Program-made: the position numbers and the translations under genes | Shown here: piece by piece, positions 30,701 through 39,740 of the stretch | Numbering within the stretch: the stretch's first letter is position 1 | Layout: the number at the start of each line of letters is the position of its first letter | The notes under the pieces: model-generated | Told to the model about the DNA's origin: nothing | Seen by the model: the letters and a program-made list of their open reading frames with translations, nothing else | The model's database searches: none | Assembly (NCBI GenBank): GCA_017533005.1 | Contig: JAFXIQ010000003.1 | Span: 1-58,561, forward strand | DNA length: 58,561 nucleotides | Reading direction: 5' to 3' | Source of the DNA: Clostridia bacterium | GTDB lineage: Bacteria > Bacillota > Clostridia > Christensenellales > DTU072

Positions 30701-33700
30701 AGAAGTTTTATTCGGAACCGAAGAAGGCAATTATATCTATGATATAAACTCAATCCCCAATTTTGCCGAAGCAGGTAGCTATACTATCTACTACAAGATA
30801 TGGGATAAGAGTGGAGTGCTTACCGGTGAACTATATGCAAGTAAAGTTATTAATATCAAGAAGAGACCTGTAGAAATCGTTGCAGAAGACCTAACGATTA
30901 CTTACGGCGAAGCGCTTCCCACTACCTACAATTACACTATAGAAGGAATGGGCTTCCTAGACGGAGATGGTATTGAAGTTCTAGAAGGCGAGCTACAAAT
31001 CAACAGTAATTATGAATATAAAGGAAAAGTAGGCCAATACGCTATCATTGCAAGTGGTTTGACAAGCGATAACTATGACGTAATCTTCGTTGACGGAGAA
31101 CTTATCGTAGATAAACGTGAACTAACGGTAAAAGCTATTAACAAGAATATGACGTATGGCGATGATATGCCTGAATTCACCGTTACTTATAGTGGTTTTG
31201 CAGATGGCGAAAGCTACGAAGGATTAGGTGGATTGACGGTTACGTTCGACTGTATATACGCGAACAGCAAACGTGCAGGCGAATTTGAAATCATTCCTGT
31301 TTTCGAACAAGAATGGGATAACTACTACCTAATCGCTGATTCAGGCACGCTAAAAGTTGCTAAAAAGGCTCTGTCGTTAAGAGCTGACAACAAAACTATA
31401 GTTTACGGTGATGAAGCTCCGTCGTTTACGGCATCGTCTAGCGATTTTGTACCTGGCGATGATTTGAGCTCAATGACGTCGGTTACGTATTCAACCAAGT
31501 ACGAAAAAGGCTCTGACGTAGGTACTTATACAATTAGCATTAAAGCCACGTCGGATAAGTACGAGATAACTGCTCTCAACGGTAGTTTGAAAGTCAACAA
31601 GAAATCCGTTGCCGTAGATTGGGTAGGAATTAACACGAGCTATACGTATGATAGTACCGATAGAACGGGTGCAATCACTGCGAGCTATAAATCTGTTATA
31701 GACGGTTCAGTTATAACGGCTACCATTACGTTCGGCAAAAAATCCACCGTATTCTTGACGGCAGGCGAATATAGCGTAACTGCAACACCTGCAGATGGAA
31801 ACTATACGTTAACCAACGCAGTTCAGACTGTTACAATGAAAAAAGCAGATTACACGTCTGCATCACATAAAGACGTTACAGGTATTTACGACCCCTATAC
31901 CACACTCAAGTCTTATAAACTCAATACAAACTACTTCTGGACGTATGAAGACAACGTTCCTAACTGCGTAGATAAGAATTACAGCGCTTATTACAACGCA
32001 GACCCAGAGAACTATAACAACTTCTACTTCGATATAATCGTTGAGTTGAAAAAGGCAAGCATCGGATTAAGCGCATTTAATACGACAATAGTTCCCAATC
32101 AAGTGGTAGAAGCTGATTATAATGGTAACAAGTTTGATATAACGCCCAAGATTTACTATCAAGATATGGTAGTCCCGACGGCACACTACACCTTGACGTT
32201 CACCAAGGGCTATGAGTTCACACCGGGTACGTATAAGACGGTTATGTACTTCTCAGCTGACAACTATCAAATGGAGAGCGATAGCGTAACTTATTACGTC
32301 AAGTATAAGAGCGTAAAAATCGGTGCAAACGGCAACAAGCTATACACAATCGAAGACGCATTGAATATTGCAACTTCGGGCAATATCGTTATCGTTACAA
32401 CCGATACCAATTTCGGTGAAAGAAGCGAAGTAGGCGCATATTTATACAACAGCGATAGCTATTACACAGTCAAGAGTGGCGTAACAATGTTGTTACCATT
32501 CAACAAAGACGACACCAAGGGCTATATCCCCGGTGGTGAAGAAGGTGATAATAACTATGATTCACATCCGGAAGACGTAAGCGAAAAGGTATTGTATATC
32601 ACGATGAATATTCCTTCCAGCGTTACGCTAAACGTTAAAGGAACGCTAACGGTTGGTGCCGTTACAAGCGCAAAAAAGGTTATAGGAGCACAAGATAACA
32701 AGCTTGTAAACGACGTTAACGGTAACTATTCGGTTATAAACTTGTCTGGCGATATTATAGTTGATAGTGGTAAGTTAAATGCATACGGATACATTCGTGG
32801 TAGTGGTATGATTAGCACGAACGGTAGCGCATTGATAACCGAAAACCAAATAATCAACGGTTGGACGGGTGGCACGATTTCTGCTGCACGTTTCAGTGGT
32901 GGATATAAAGTAGGTGCCGACGCGCTAATATTCCCTTCAACTATAACTGACGACGATTTCGGACACGACCCCGGAATGTTCCCGTTTAACGATTATTCGC
33001 TAGAAGCTATTACCGTTAAGATGTCGTTGAACTATGGTAGCACTTGGCGTGGTTACATTAAGATTTCTACGAGTGCTCAAGAACTTGCAGGAATGGAAAT
33101 CGTAAATGAAAAGATTTCCGAGACCTATTTGACGTTAGCCTCTTCCAATGCGAACGACGATAGTTCGGGTATGTATCGTATGATGAATAGCGGTAGCAAA
33201 ATTATCAAGACTAGCTCGAACGGAAGAATGAGATTGGAGCTACTAGGCGATATAACCGACGGTTATTCAGCTCTGGAAGTTGGCGTTCTTAAAGTAACGA
33301 TAAATATGTCGTCAAAAAAGGTATTCTTCCCCGTTACAAAGAGGACTGACGTTGTTGTAAGTGGTGTATTTACTCAAAGATATAAGAATAAATATATGCC
33401 GGGCTCTACGCTAACCATAAGCGAAGGCGCAACTTATAACTTGAACGGTAGCATTATTACCTACGAAAAGGGCTTCGTAGATGCTGCTATAGGAGCAACT
33501 TACGGCACGTTTAACGATAATAGTGCGTATGTAATGGTAAAGGGCACAATAAATATTAACGGAGCGTTTGGTGGCGATATTTACGCTACGGAAACGGGTA
33601 AAGTTAACGTTTCTTCATCAGCCGTTACCACAGTTACTTCTAGAGAAGGAACGGGTACGCAAGCAAGAGAGGGCGTTAGCGTTGTATTTACTTTCGTTGA

Positions 33701-33806
33701 AGATGGAACCGTAACACGCACGATGCGACTCAAGAACGCTGACGGCACTAACGTTCAAGGAACTGCAGGCAAGAACTATTCTTACGCAAACGGCAGTTGG
33801 AGCTAA
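27747..33806 (+). CDS. 2019-aa surface lipoprotein/adhesin with InlB B-type repeats and MBG-like repeats
   Basis: Lipobox AFAC; FYGWY..LYAKW and PTKPGVEFTGW; many L.L.ADNK.I.YG...P.Y...NY.V..VNG.L.V repeats. Confidence 0.78.
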   Translation: MKNFSKKLLILLVLMLIAITAMTAFACGEEEEDTNPTPSQSGKIVVLQDGDNILKMLDDISELSEYIPTISDPSLGFYGWYVDKALSQEYDGSQDVSTLYAKWIKKTFTVKFLNYDGTVLPVNGNNTQIIEYGESAIAPETPTKPGVEFTGWNVPFDNVTSNLTVMATFSSEPQFLTFYAEDGTEIFSQKFVEGANVTSYFNAQLVRAEELLPGGIEFDTWCTDEAREVAFTETDEIIMSSAPLTLYARAKMKNIEQLKIIPSRNDFRYDRGGFDLVADFLDYKELQYNYKWYKANKPGEILYESNSATFAVPCQDAGEHVFVVEVTASYKNYAPKVSVAEGIVNIELGKLEGISVEGNEVNYTGTNHTIVVNGTFPDDSITYRIKGETSYSDLPIKDAGEYEIETRVERKNYEPIEFTANEFNSKILKINKIGLTLTADNKSIEYGKNPPKYSFVSNGLVNGETIESIDAEVTVSCAYEKGNKVDNYDIEIKCSTLTNYNVTLVNGKLEVSKISLTINVKSMSSTYGDKVPTYDCTFVGLDKTNANEEALVRNGIKFVCEYAQGSKAGTYTVTAQVALDNYNATVVDGQLTVNKKDVTVTASAEKTKIIYGESAPNYTYTISGLVLGESVNYAFGKEPTLSCGYNQEDPNNRIVKDYSIVASGLVSDNYNVKYVNGTLRVIKKELVLTPIDQTIQYGDAAPKASADTIKAEGLQYGEILPYTSIGLFITNTETVQSYKKGDKIGSNYDISLGTYATNNYYVVYNNAILTVEPRELKVSVLPMTIVYGDEIKEEDVKLVFEGFYGREDESVLNFAGMQILGYTAGDSVDKKYGLSVEGITSENYNIVCEDVGEQLTVIKRDLSITIRAYDDIKANPWSHAISVSDAKTHITIGNLYEFDAINGTLATDSGEFGSYIFKGETLGGQFSWAEAISISRNDVSTLDNYNVSYDLQVEIGTYGMLISEKETYYDGNSHTLSVESFYENAEVLFGTEEGNYIYDINSIPNFAEAGSYTIYYKIWDKSGVLTGELYASKVINIKKRPVEIVAEDLTITYGEALPTTYNYTIEGMGFLDGDGIEVLEGELQINSNYEYKGKVGQYAIIASGLTSDNYDVIFVDGELIVDKRELTVKAINKNMTYGDDMPEFTVTYSGFADGESYEGLGGLTVTFDCIYANSKRAGEFEIIPVFEQEWDNYYLIADSGTLKVAKKALSLRADNKTIVYGDEAPSFTASSSDFVPGDDLSSMTSVTYSTKYEKGSDVGTYTISIKATSDKYEITALNGSLKVNKKSVAVDWVGINTSYTYDSTDRTGAITASYKSVIDGSVITATITFGKKSTVFLTAGEYSVTATPADGNYTLTNAVQTVTMKKADYTSASHKDVTGIYDPYTTLKSYKLNTNYFWTYEDNVPNCVDKNYSAYYNADPENYNNFYFDIIVELKKASIGLSAFNTTIVPNQVVEADYNGNKFDITPKIYYQDMVVPTAHYTLTFTKGYEFTPGTYKTVMYFSADNYQMESDSVTYYVKYKSVKIGANGNKLYTIEDALNIATSGNIVIVTTDTNFGERSEVGAYLYNSDSYYTVKSGVTMLLPFNKDDTKGYIPGGEEGDNNYDSHPEDVSEKVLYITMNIPSSVTLNVKGTLTVGAVTSAKKVIGAQDNKLVNDVNGNYSVINLSGDIIVDSGKLNAYGYIRGSGMISTNGSALITENQIINGWTGGTISAARFSGGYKVGADALIFPSTITDDDFGHDPGMFPFNDYSLEAITVKMSLNYGSTWRGYIKISTSAQELAGMEIVNEKISETYLTLASSNANDDSSGMYRMMNSGSKIIKTSSNGRMRLELLGDITDGYSALEVGVLKVTINMSSKKVFFPVTKRTDVVVSGVFTQRYKNKYMPGSTLTISEGATYNLNGSIITYEKGFVDAAIGATYGTFNDNSAYVMVKGTININGAFGGDIYATETGKVNVSSSAVTTVTSREGTGTQAREGVSVVFTFVEDGTVTRTMRLKNADGTNVQGTAGKNYSYANGSWS

Positions 33807-33819
33807 AGAAATCAATAAG

Positions 33820-33847
33820 AAAAGCCACTCGAAAGAGTGGCTTTTTT
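33820..33847. terminator. Bidirectional terminator
   Basis: AAAAGCCACTC-GAAA-GAGTGGCTTTT. Confidence 0.8.
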
Positions 33848-33863
33848 ATATAGTTAATAAAAA

Positions 33864-34157
33864 TTAGAAACCTACGTCGATGTTGAATTTCAAGGTGTGA
33901 ACGATTTCTTGACCTTTTCTTGAAAAGGTTTTGGGCGCATCTTTTTGCCAACCAGCGTATAGAGTTTGGTCTTTAGCCGGCATTTTATTTAGATTAGCAG
34001 GAGTTGTGCAGTTAGCGTCGGCGAACCAGCCTGTGAAAGTATATCCGTCTGCTGATAGGATAGGAAGTGTGATTACCGTGTTCTTTTTAGCTACGATAGG
34101 AAGTATTTCTTCTTCCATTCTGAGTTTAGACTTAAAACTTAAAGTTACTTTTGCCAT
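33864..34157 (-). CDS. Small protein with a single InlB B-repeat (Listeria-Bacteroides repeat)
   Basis: LP...DGYTFTGWFAD...MPAKDQTLYAGW; AGGAGAGG RBS; no signal peptide. Confidence 0.65.
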   Translation of the reverse strand: MAKVTLSFKSKLRMEEEILPIVAKKNTVITLPILSADGYTFTGWFADANCTTPANLNKMPAKDQTLYAGWQKDAPKTFSRKGQEIVHTLKFNIDVGF

Positions 34158-34329
34158 TTTGCCTCTCCTGTTAAGATTATTTTATGAATTATTAATATCT
34201 ACAATAAAACAAGTATAGTATATTACAATTGATGACATTCGTAAAGAGCTTTTCCGTTTTTTTATCAACAAGTATTGATTATTAATTATTTTGAGTTATA
34301 ATAAACGTATAAATTTGAAAGGTGAACGT

Positions 34330-34944
34330 ATGACTGATATCAAAGAAAAATTGCATTCAGGCGAACTTTATTATCCTAGTTCAAGTGAAATAATGAGCGA
34401 ACAATTAGATTGTCTAGAATTATTATACGACTTTAACGCTACGCGTCCGCACGAAGCCCAAAAGCGAGAAGAACTTCTTAAAAAGATGTTTGCAGAAATC
34501 GGCACGGATTGTTATATAGAGCCACCGTTGCACGCGAATTGGGGTGGGAAGCATGTGCATTTTGGCAACGCGGTATATGCTAATTTTAACTTAACGTTAG
34601 TAGACGACACCCATATTTATGTCGGTGACAGTACGATGTTTGCGCCTAATGTAGTTATTGCTACGGGAACGCATCCGTTATCCCCCGAGCTTCGAGAAAA
34701 GGCTTATCAATACAATCTGCCCGTTCGAATTGGCAAAAACTGTTGGTTGGGCGCAGGGGTTATAGTGCTTCCGGGAGTGACTATCGGTGATAACGTTGTG
34801 GTTGGTGCAGGTAGCGTGGTAACGAAAGACCTTCCCGACAACGTTCTCGCATACGGCAATCCGTGTAGGGTAATCAGAGAACTTGGCGAACACGATAAGA
34901 TATATTATTATAAGGATAGAAAAATTAATTACGATAAACTATAA
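34330..34944 (+). CDS. lacA: Galactoside/maltose O-acetyltransferase (hexapeptide repeat)
   Basis: [45 protein letters not shown]. Confidence 0.82.
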   Translation: MTDIKEKLHSGELYYPSSSEIMSEQLDCLELLYDFNATRPHEAQKREELLKKMFAEIGTDCYIEPPLHANWGGKHVHFGNAVYANFNLTLVDDTHIYVGDSTMFAPNVVIATGTHPLSPELREKAYQYNLPVRIGKNCWLGAGVIVLPGVTIGDNVVVGAGSVVTKDLPDNVLAYGNPCRVIRELGEHDKIYYYKDRKINYDKL

Positions 34945-34947
34945 TAG

Positions 34948-34981
34948 AAAAGAGCTCCAACGCGCGTTGGAGCTCTTTTTT
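34948..34981. terminator. Bidirectional terminator
   Basis: AAAAGAGCTCCAACG-C-GCGTTGGAGCTCTTTT near-perfect palindrome. Confidence 0.8.
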
Positions 34982-34989
34982 AACAAGGA

Positions 34990-35883
34990 TTATTTAGCGA
35001 AAACCGATAGGTATCTTTCCCCGCTATCAGGGAAGAGCGTTACTATAACGGCGTTAGGTTCTATTTGGGCGAGTTTTTCGCTCGCTACGAGAGCTGCGCC
35101 GGAAGATATTCCTACGAGCGTTCCATAGTCTTTTGCCGCGCGTCTTGCGCCCTCATAAGCTTCTTCCGTTGATACCGTGACAATCTTGTCGATGTATTCT
35201 CTGTCGAGTATGCTCGGCACGAAATTCGCGCCAATACCTTGTATGCCGTGCGCGCCTAAAACACCTGTAGATAGTAGGGGACTTTCTTTTGGCTCTACGG
35301 CAACCGTTATTAGTTCGGGATAAACGTCTTTTAAGGCCTTTGATATTCCGGAAATCGTTCCACCACTGCCTACGACAAGAACGAGATAGTTAGGGATAAC
35401 ACCACCTAGGTCTTTTATGATTTCGGGAGCAGTTGTTTCTAGGTGCGCGAGCACGTTGTCCCTATTGTCGAATTGCATAGGTATGTATGCGCCGTCGATA
35501 CTCTCTTTTAATTCGTTTGCGCGAGCGATTGCGCCTTGCATACCGTCTTCTTTGGGCGTCAACTCAACGCGTGCGCCGAGATGTTTAAGAAGCGCAATTC
35601 TTTCCTTACTCATATTTTCGGGCATAACGAGAATTGAGTTATAGCCCTTAACTTTCGCGATATAGGCAATTCCGATACCCGTATTACCACTTGTGGGTTC
35701 TATAATTGTGCCACCCTTCTTTAGCTCACCACGAGCTTCAGCGCCTTCTATCATATAAAGCGCCGCTCTATCCTTAACGGAATGCAAAGGATTGAAATAT
35801 TCTAACTTCGCATAAATATTGCTACCATTTAAGCGAAGTAGCGGGGTGTTTCCAATAAGTTCGATAATATTATTCTTGAACAT
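34990..35883 (-). CDS. cysK: Cysteine synthase
   Basis: IGNTPL, KLEYFNP.HSVKDR, EPTSGNTGIG, HGIQGIG, GISSGA, PDSGERYLS. Confidence 0.92.
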   Translation of the reverse strand: MFKNNIIELIGNTPLLRLNGSNIYAKLEYFNPLHSVKDRAALYMIEGAEARGELKKGGTIIEPTSGNTGIGIAYIAKVKGYNSILVMPENMSKERIALLKHLGARVELTPKEDGMQGAIARANELKESIDGAYIPMQFDNRDNVLAHLETTAPEIIKDLGGVIPNYLVLVVGSGGTISGISKALKDVYPELITVAVEPKESPLLSTGVLGAHGIQGIGANFVPSILDREYIDKIVTVSTEEAYEGARRAAKDYGTLVGISSGAALVASEKLAQIEPNAVIVTLFPDSGERYLSVFAK

Positions 35884-36676
35884 CGTCTTCTTTGATTTCT
35901 TCTTGAACGGGAGTTTCTTCTTGAGATTCTTGAACGTCAGCTGATACAGCGGGTGTTTCTACGGGAGCTTTCTTTTTGCCGTCCAACAAGCCTTTCTTGT
36001 AAAGAATGGTTGTAGAAATGCAAGAAACAACCATACCGACGATAATCATCGTTGATTGCGAGAGTGCGCTACCCATACCGATTAAGTTGCCAACGATGCA
36101 GATTAAGAAGCATACGCCGAAAGGAATGAGAGCTACTTTCCAGTATTTAGCAAGAAGCGCCATCGTTAGACCACCGAAGATTGCGGGCATAACGTATGGA
36201 GAAATCGGTTGCAATACTTCAACGAGTTCTTCTTGGAAGATTGCGAGAGGGATAAGACCGATTATGATTATAATGGTAGTAACGATACTGCTAACGGCGA
36301 TAGAAATAGTGGTAACGATTTCTTGTTCTTCCGTACCTTGTTTAACTTTAGCAACGTTTTGAGAGTTAAGAGCGCAAGGGAGTTTAAGGTTAGCGATGTT
36401 ACCGGTTATAAACGATAGGTATTGACCACCGGTACCGAGAAGTGGAGCGTAGCTGAATGCTTCTATGAGTCCGATAGCCCAGTAGCCTGCGATGAAGGTT
36501 ATGCAAGCAGCGATTGCGCCCCAATCGGGAACAACTTTTGCAGCTATGCAGAAAGCCACGGGAACTGCGCAAATGAGTGCTAGCGCAATCCAAGTGAAAA
36601 TTCTACCGATGGAGTGAATTTGATTATTGTAATCTTCTCTTGAATTAGGAGCGTTAAACAAATCTAATTTTTTCAT
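35870..36676 (-). CDS. Membrane protein, partner of DUF5058
   Basis: SYAPLLGTGGQYLSFITGNIANLKLPC motif; multiple TM helices; acidic tail. Confidence 0.7.
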   Translation of the reverse strand: MKKLDLFNAPNSREDYNNQIHSIGRIFTWIALALICAVPVAFCIAAKVVPDWGAIAACITFIAGYWAIGLIEAFSYAPLLGTGGQYLSFITGNIANLKLPCALNSQNVAKVKQGTEEQEIVTTISIAVSSIVTTIIIIIGLIPLAIFQEELVEVLQPISPYVMPAIFGGLTMALLAKYWKVALIPFGVCFLICIVGNLIGMGSALSQSTMIIVGMVVSCISTTILYKKGLLDGKKKAPVETPAVSADVQESQEETPVQEEIKEDDVQE

Positions 36677-36691
36677 TTTCTTTACCTCCTA

Positions 36692-37420
36692 TTAAGCGAA
36701 TACGGGCACGAATGCAAAAGCGATGCCGAGCGCGCCAACGATACTAATGGGTAGAGCGTAAGATTCCATCCATTTTTGTTTGCCAAAAATCATAATAGCA
36801 CCACAAATACCGGTGATTACAACGCTTGCAGCAAGGGTAATGAGCGTAATTTCGCCGTAAGTTCCAACGCCACTCTTGTCGAAAGTAGGATTGCCGATAG
36901 TGAAAGCACCGCCTACTAGAATGGAAGAAATGATACCCGATAGCATACCGCCAAGAAGTGCGCCTGTGATAGCATCCATTTTTTTAGCATTATTTGTTTG
37001 GATATCGTAGAGTTTAGTTTGGTATTTTTTGTAGAAAATTGCATTGAAAAGTGGACCGCTGATAATGCTCAAAGTCATAACTACTACAGCAGAAGCAATT
37101 ACGGAAGTACTTGCACCTACTTCAGCAGCGCCTGCAGCGAATAGAGCGGCTATTTCGTATTGAAGTGCGCCGATAACGGTTAAGCGAATCCAAGGGATAG
37201 CAAGACCGACGTATTGCATCATAACACCTATACCGATAACGATAGGTATAGATGGAACGATGGAGAAAATTGCACTATTTTTAATAGTTTCAGTGATGAC
37301 AGCCTTGTCCATATTGATGGCTTTGGCTCTTTTGAGTGCTTTGATAAGGAAAACTACGCTCATCGCGATGATGATTGTAGCAATTATCGCACCCAAGACG
37401 TAAATTACAACAAAGTCCAT
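36692..37420 (-). CDS. DUF5058-like membrane protein
   Basis: SAIFSIVPSI, PWIRLTVIGALQYE, KWMESYALPISIVG. Confidence 0.7.
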   Translation of the reverse strand: MDFVVIYVLGAIIATIIIAMSVVFLIKALKRAKAINMDKAVITETIKNSAIFSIVPSIPIVIGIGVMMQYVGLAIPWIRLTVIGALQYEIAALFAAGAAEVGASTSVIASAVVVMTLSIISGPLFNAIFYKKYQTKLYDIQTNNAKKMDAITGALLGGMLSGIISSILVGGAFTIGNPTFDKSGVGTYGEITLITLAASVVITGICGAIMIFGKQKWMESYALPISIVGALGIAFAFVPVFA

Positions 37421-37450
37421 AGGGATACTCCTTCAAGTAAATATAAACTT

Positions 37451-37479
37451 ATTTTAGCTCAAAAAACAAAAAAAGTCAA
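37451..37479 (-). promoter_or_regulatory. sigmaA promoter of the DUF5058-cysK operon
   Basis: Minus strand TTGACT-17bp-TAAAAT. Confidence 0.55.
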
Positions 37480-37561
37480 TATGCGCGCGTACAATACGCG
37501 TACAAAATGAAATAATCAATATAATTATTAGTCGTATTAGTCGAAAATTTATGATAATTAC

Positions 37562-37590
37562 TTGATAAACCTTGTTTAATGTGTTATAAT
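37562..37590 (+). promoter_or_regulatory. sigmaA promoter of secG
   Basis: TTGATA-17bp-TATAAT with TG extension. Confidence 0.65.
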
Positions 37591-37625
37591 CAACAAGCGT
37601 TTGAACAAAAAAAGGAGAAATTAAT

Positions 37626-37892
37626 ATGTTTGAAGTCTACACAGGCTTAATGATAGCACTTATGGTAGTTATGGTTATACTAGCAATTGCCATGATAATA
37701 ATAGTAGTATTGCAAGAAGGTAGCAATGCTAACCTAGGAGCCATTTCGGGCGCTGCAGAATCGTTTTTCGGTAAGAACAAAGCAAAGACTCTTGACGCGA
37801 AGTTCAAGAGATGGACAATCGGAATTTCAGCAGGAATTCTAGTTGCTTCAATTCTATTCTTTGTTTTCTACCTACTCAAGAACGCTCTATAA
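37626..37892 (+). CDS. secG: Preprotein translocase subunit SecG
   Basis: VVLQEG...LGAISGAAESFFGKNKAKTLD; two TM helices. Confidence 0.92.
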   Translation: MFEVYTGLMIALMVVMVILAIAMIIIVVLQEGSNANLGAISGAAESFFGKNKAKTLDAKFKRWTIGISAGILVASILFFVFYLLKNAL

Positions 37893-37922
37893 TTCGGTAG
37901 CGGAAGAAAGAAAATTGACACG

Positions 37923-37954
37923 AAAATGGCTATAAATCTTATAGCCATTTTTTT
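37923..37954 (+). terminator. Terminator after secG
   Basis: AAAATGGCTATAA-ATC-TTATAGCCATTTT plus T-tract. Confidence 0.7.
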
Positions 37955-37982
37955 GTGTATATGATATAATACTGATAGAGTA

Positions 37983-38432
37983 ATGATAAAAGTTATTGCA
38001 ACTAACAAAAAAGCGTACCACGATTACTTCATAGAAGCTACTTACGAAGCGGGTATTTCTCTTGCGGGTAGCGAAGTTAAGAGCTTAAGGCTCGGTAACG
38101 TAAACTTGAAGGATAGCTACGCGATAATCAAGAACGGAGAAGTACTCCTTATGGGCGCGCATATATCGCCTTACGATAAGGGCTCGTACTTTAATCCCGA
38201 GCCGAGACGAACTCGTCGGCTCCTTTTGCATAAGCAAGAGATAATGAAACTCCGTTCAAAAGTCAACGAAAAGGGTTACACACTCGTAGTAACGAAGATG
38301 TATTTCAAGGACGCCCTTGTAAAAGTAGAGCTAGGGCTAGCGAAAGGTAAAGAAGGGCACGACAAACGCGAAGCGCTCAAAGAAAGAGAGCAAAAGCGTA
38401 TGATAGATAGAGCACTCAAAGAAAATTATTAA
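37983..38432 (+). CDS. smpB: SsrA-binding protein
   Basis: [45 protein letters not shown]. Confidence 0.97.
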   Translation: MIKVIATNKKAYHDYFIEATYEAGISLAGSEVKSLRLGNVNLKDSYAIIKNGEVLLMGAHISPYDKGSYFNPEPRRTRRLLLHKQEIMKLRSKVNEKGYTLVVTKMYFKDALVKVELGLAKGKEGHDKREALKEREQKRMIDRALKENY

Positions 38433-38446
38433 ATAGGAGAAAGAAA

Positions 38447-39724
38447 ATGACAGCAATCGACACAAAGTGCGTTCAAGCAGGTTACACCCCAGGTAATGGC
38501 GAAGCCAGAGTTATCCCAATCGTTCAATCAACAACGTTCGCATACGACACGCCGGAAGAAATGGGCGACTTGTTTGACCTAAAGAAAGCAGGTTATTTTT
38601 ACACTAGACTTGGTAATCCCACCGTTGGTGGTTTAGAAGAGAAGCTAACTGCGCTAGAAGGTGGTACGGCAGCGCTTTGCGCAGCGTCAGGAATGAGCGC
38701 AATTATGCTCGCAACCCTTAACGTATGTAAAACCGGGGACAATTTCTTGTCTACTTCCAATATTTACGGTGGCACTTATAACTTATTTAACGTAACTTTG
38801 AGAAAATTAGGTATCGAATGCAGATTCTATGAAGCTAACGATAGCAAAGAAAAAATCGAGAGCCTAATCGACGACAAAACCCGTTTCATCTTTGCAGAAA
38901 CCATCGCGAATCCCGCAGGTATCGTTATTGATTTTGATAAGCTTACTTCGATTGCAAAGAAATACGGTATGCTCTTTATGGTAGATAGCACTATCGCAAC
39001 ACCTTGCATTTGCAGACCTATCGAATGGGGCGCAGACGTCGTTATCCATTCAACTACCAAGTATCTAGACGGCCACGCAACGAGCGTTGGTGGCGCAATT
39101 ATCGAGAGTGGAGAGTTTAACTTCGTTGGCAACCCACGTTACCCCGATTTCAATACTCCAGATGCGAGCTACCACGGCTTGGTGTTTGCTCGTGACGCAG
39201 GCAAAACGCCTTTCACAATGCGCGCACGCGTTATTGGAATGCGTGACCTTGGCGCACAAATGGCACCGATGAATGCATTTTTAACTATGCTCGGAACTGA
39301 TACGCTACATTTAAGAATGGCTCGCCATAGTGAGAATGCACTCGCTTTAGCAAAAGCTCTAGAGAAACACCCACAAGTAGAATGGGTAAAATACGCAGGA
39401 CTAGAGAGCGATGAGAACTATGCTCGCGCAAACAAATATTTCGATAACGGTAATTGTTCAGGTATGGTTACCTTTGGAATAAAAGGTGGTAGAGAAGCCG
39501 CAATGACCTTCCAAAAGGCGCTCAAACTCTTCAAAGTAGTTACCCATATTGCTGATTCAAGAAGTTGCGTGCTACATCCTGCATCAACCACACACAGACA
39601 ATTATCAGATGCAGACCTAGTCGCTTGTGGTGTTGCAGCTAATCTTATAAGACTTTCCGTTGGAACGGAATCCGCAAGCGATATAATAGCCGATGTAATC
39701 AACGCACTCGACTCGGCTAAATAG
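38447..39724 (+). CDS. metY: O-acetylhomoserine sulfhydrylase
   Basis: YTRLGNPT, ASGMSA, ETIANP, HSTTKY, HPASTTHRQL. Confidence 0.9.
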   Translation: MTAIDTKCVQAGYTPGNGEARVIPIVQSTTFAYDTPEEMGDLFDLKKAGYFYTRLGNPTVGGLEEKLTALEGGTAALCAASGMSAIMLATLNVCKTGDNFLSTSNIYGGTYNLFNVTLRKLGIECRFYEANDSKEKIESLIDDKTRFIFAETIANPAGIVIDFDKLTSIAKKYGMLFMVDSTIATPCICRPIEWGADVVIHSTTKYLDGHATSVGGAIIESGEFNFVGNPRYPDFNTPDASYHGLVFARDAGKTPFTMRARVIGMRDLGAQMAPMNAFLTMLGTDTLHLRMARHSENALALAKALEKHPQVEWVKYAGLESDENYARANKYFDNGNCSGMVTFGIKGGREAAMTFQKALKLFKVVTHIADSRSCVLHPASTTHRQLSDADLVACGVAANLIRLSVGTESASDIIADVINALDSAK

Positions 39725-39740
39725 TGAGGAGTAATAATTT

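Noticed and set aside
27747-33806. Diversity-generating retroelement or phase-variable cassette in the adhesin
   Set aside because: No reverse transcriptase, recombinase or near-identical template/variable repeat pair was seen.
38433-38446. SAM riboswitch/T-box before metY, and tmRNA next to smpB
   Set aside because: The intergenic gap is only 14 bp, and no ssrA-like sequence was recognised in the window.
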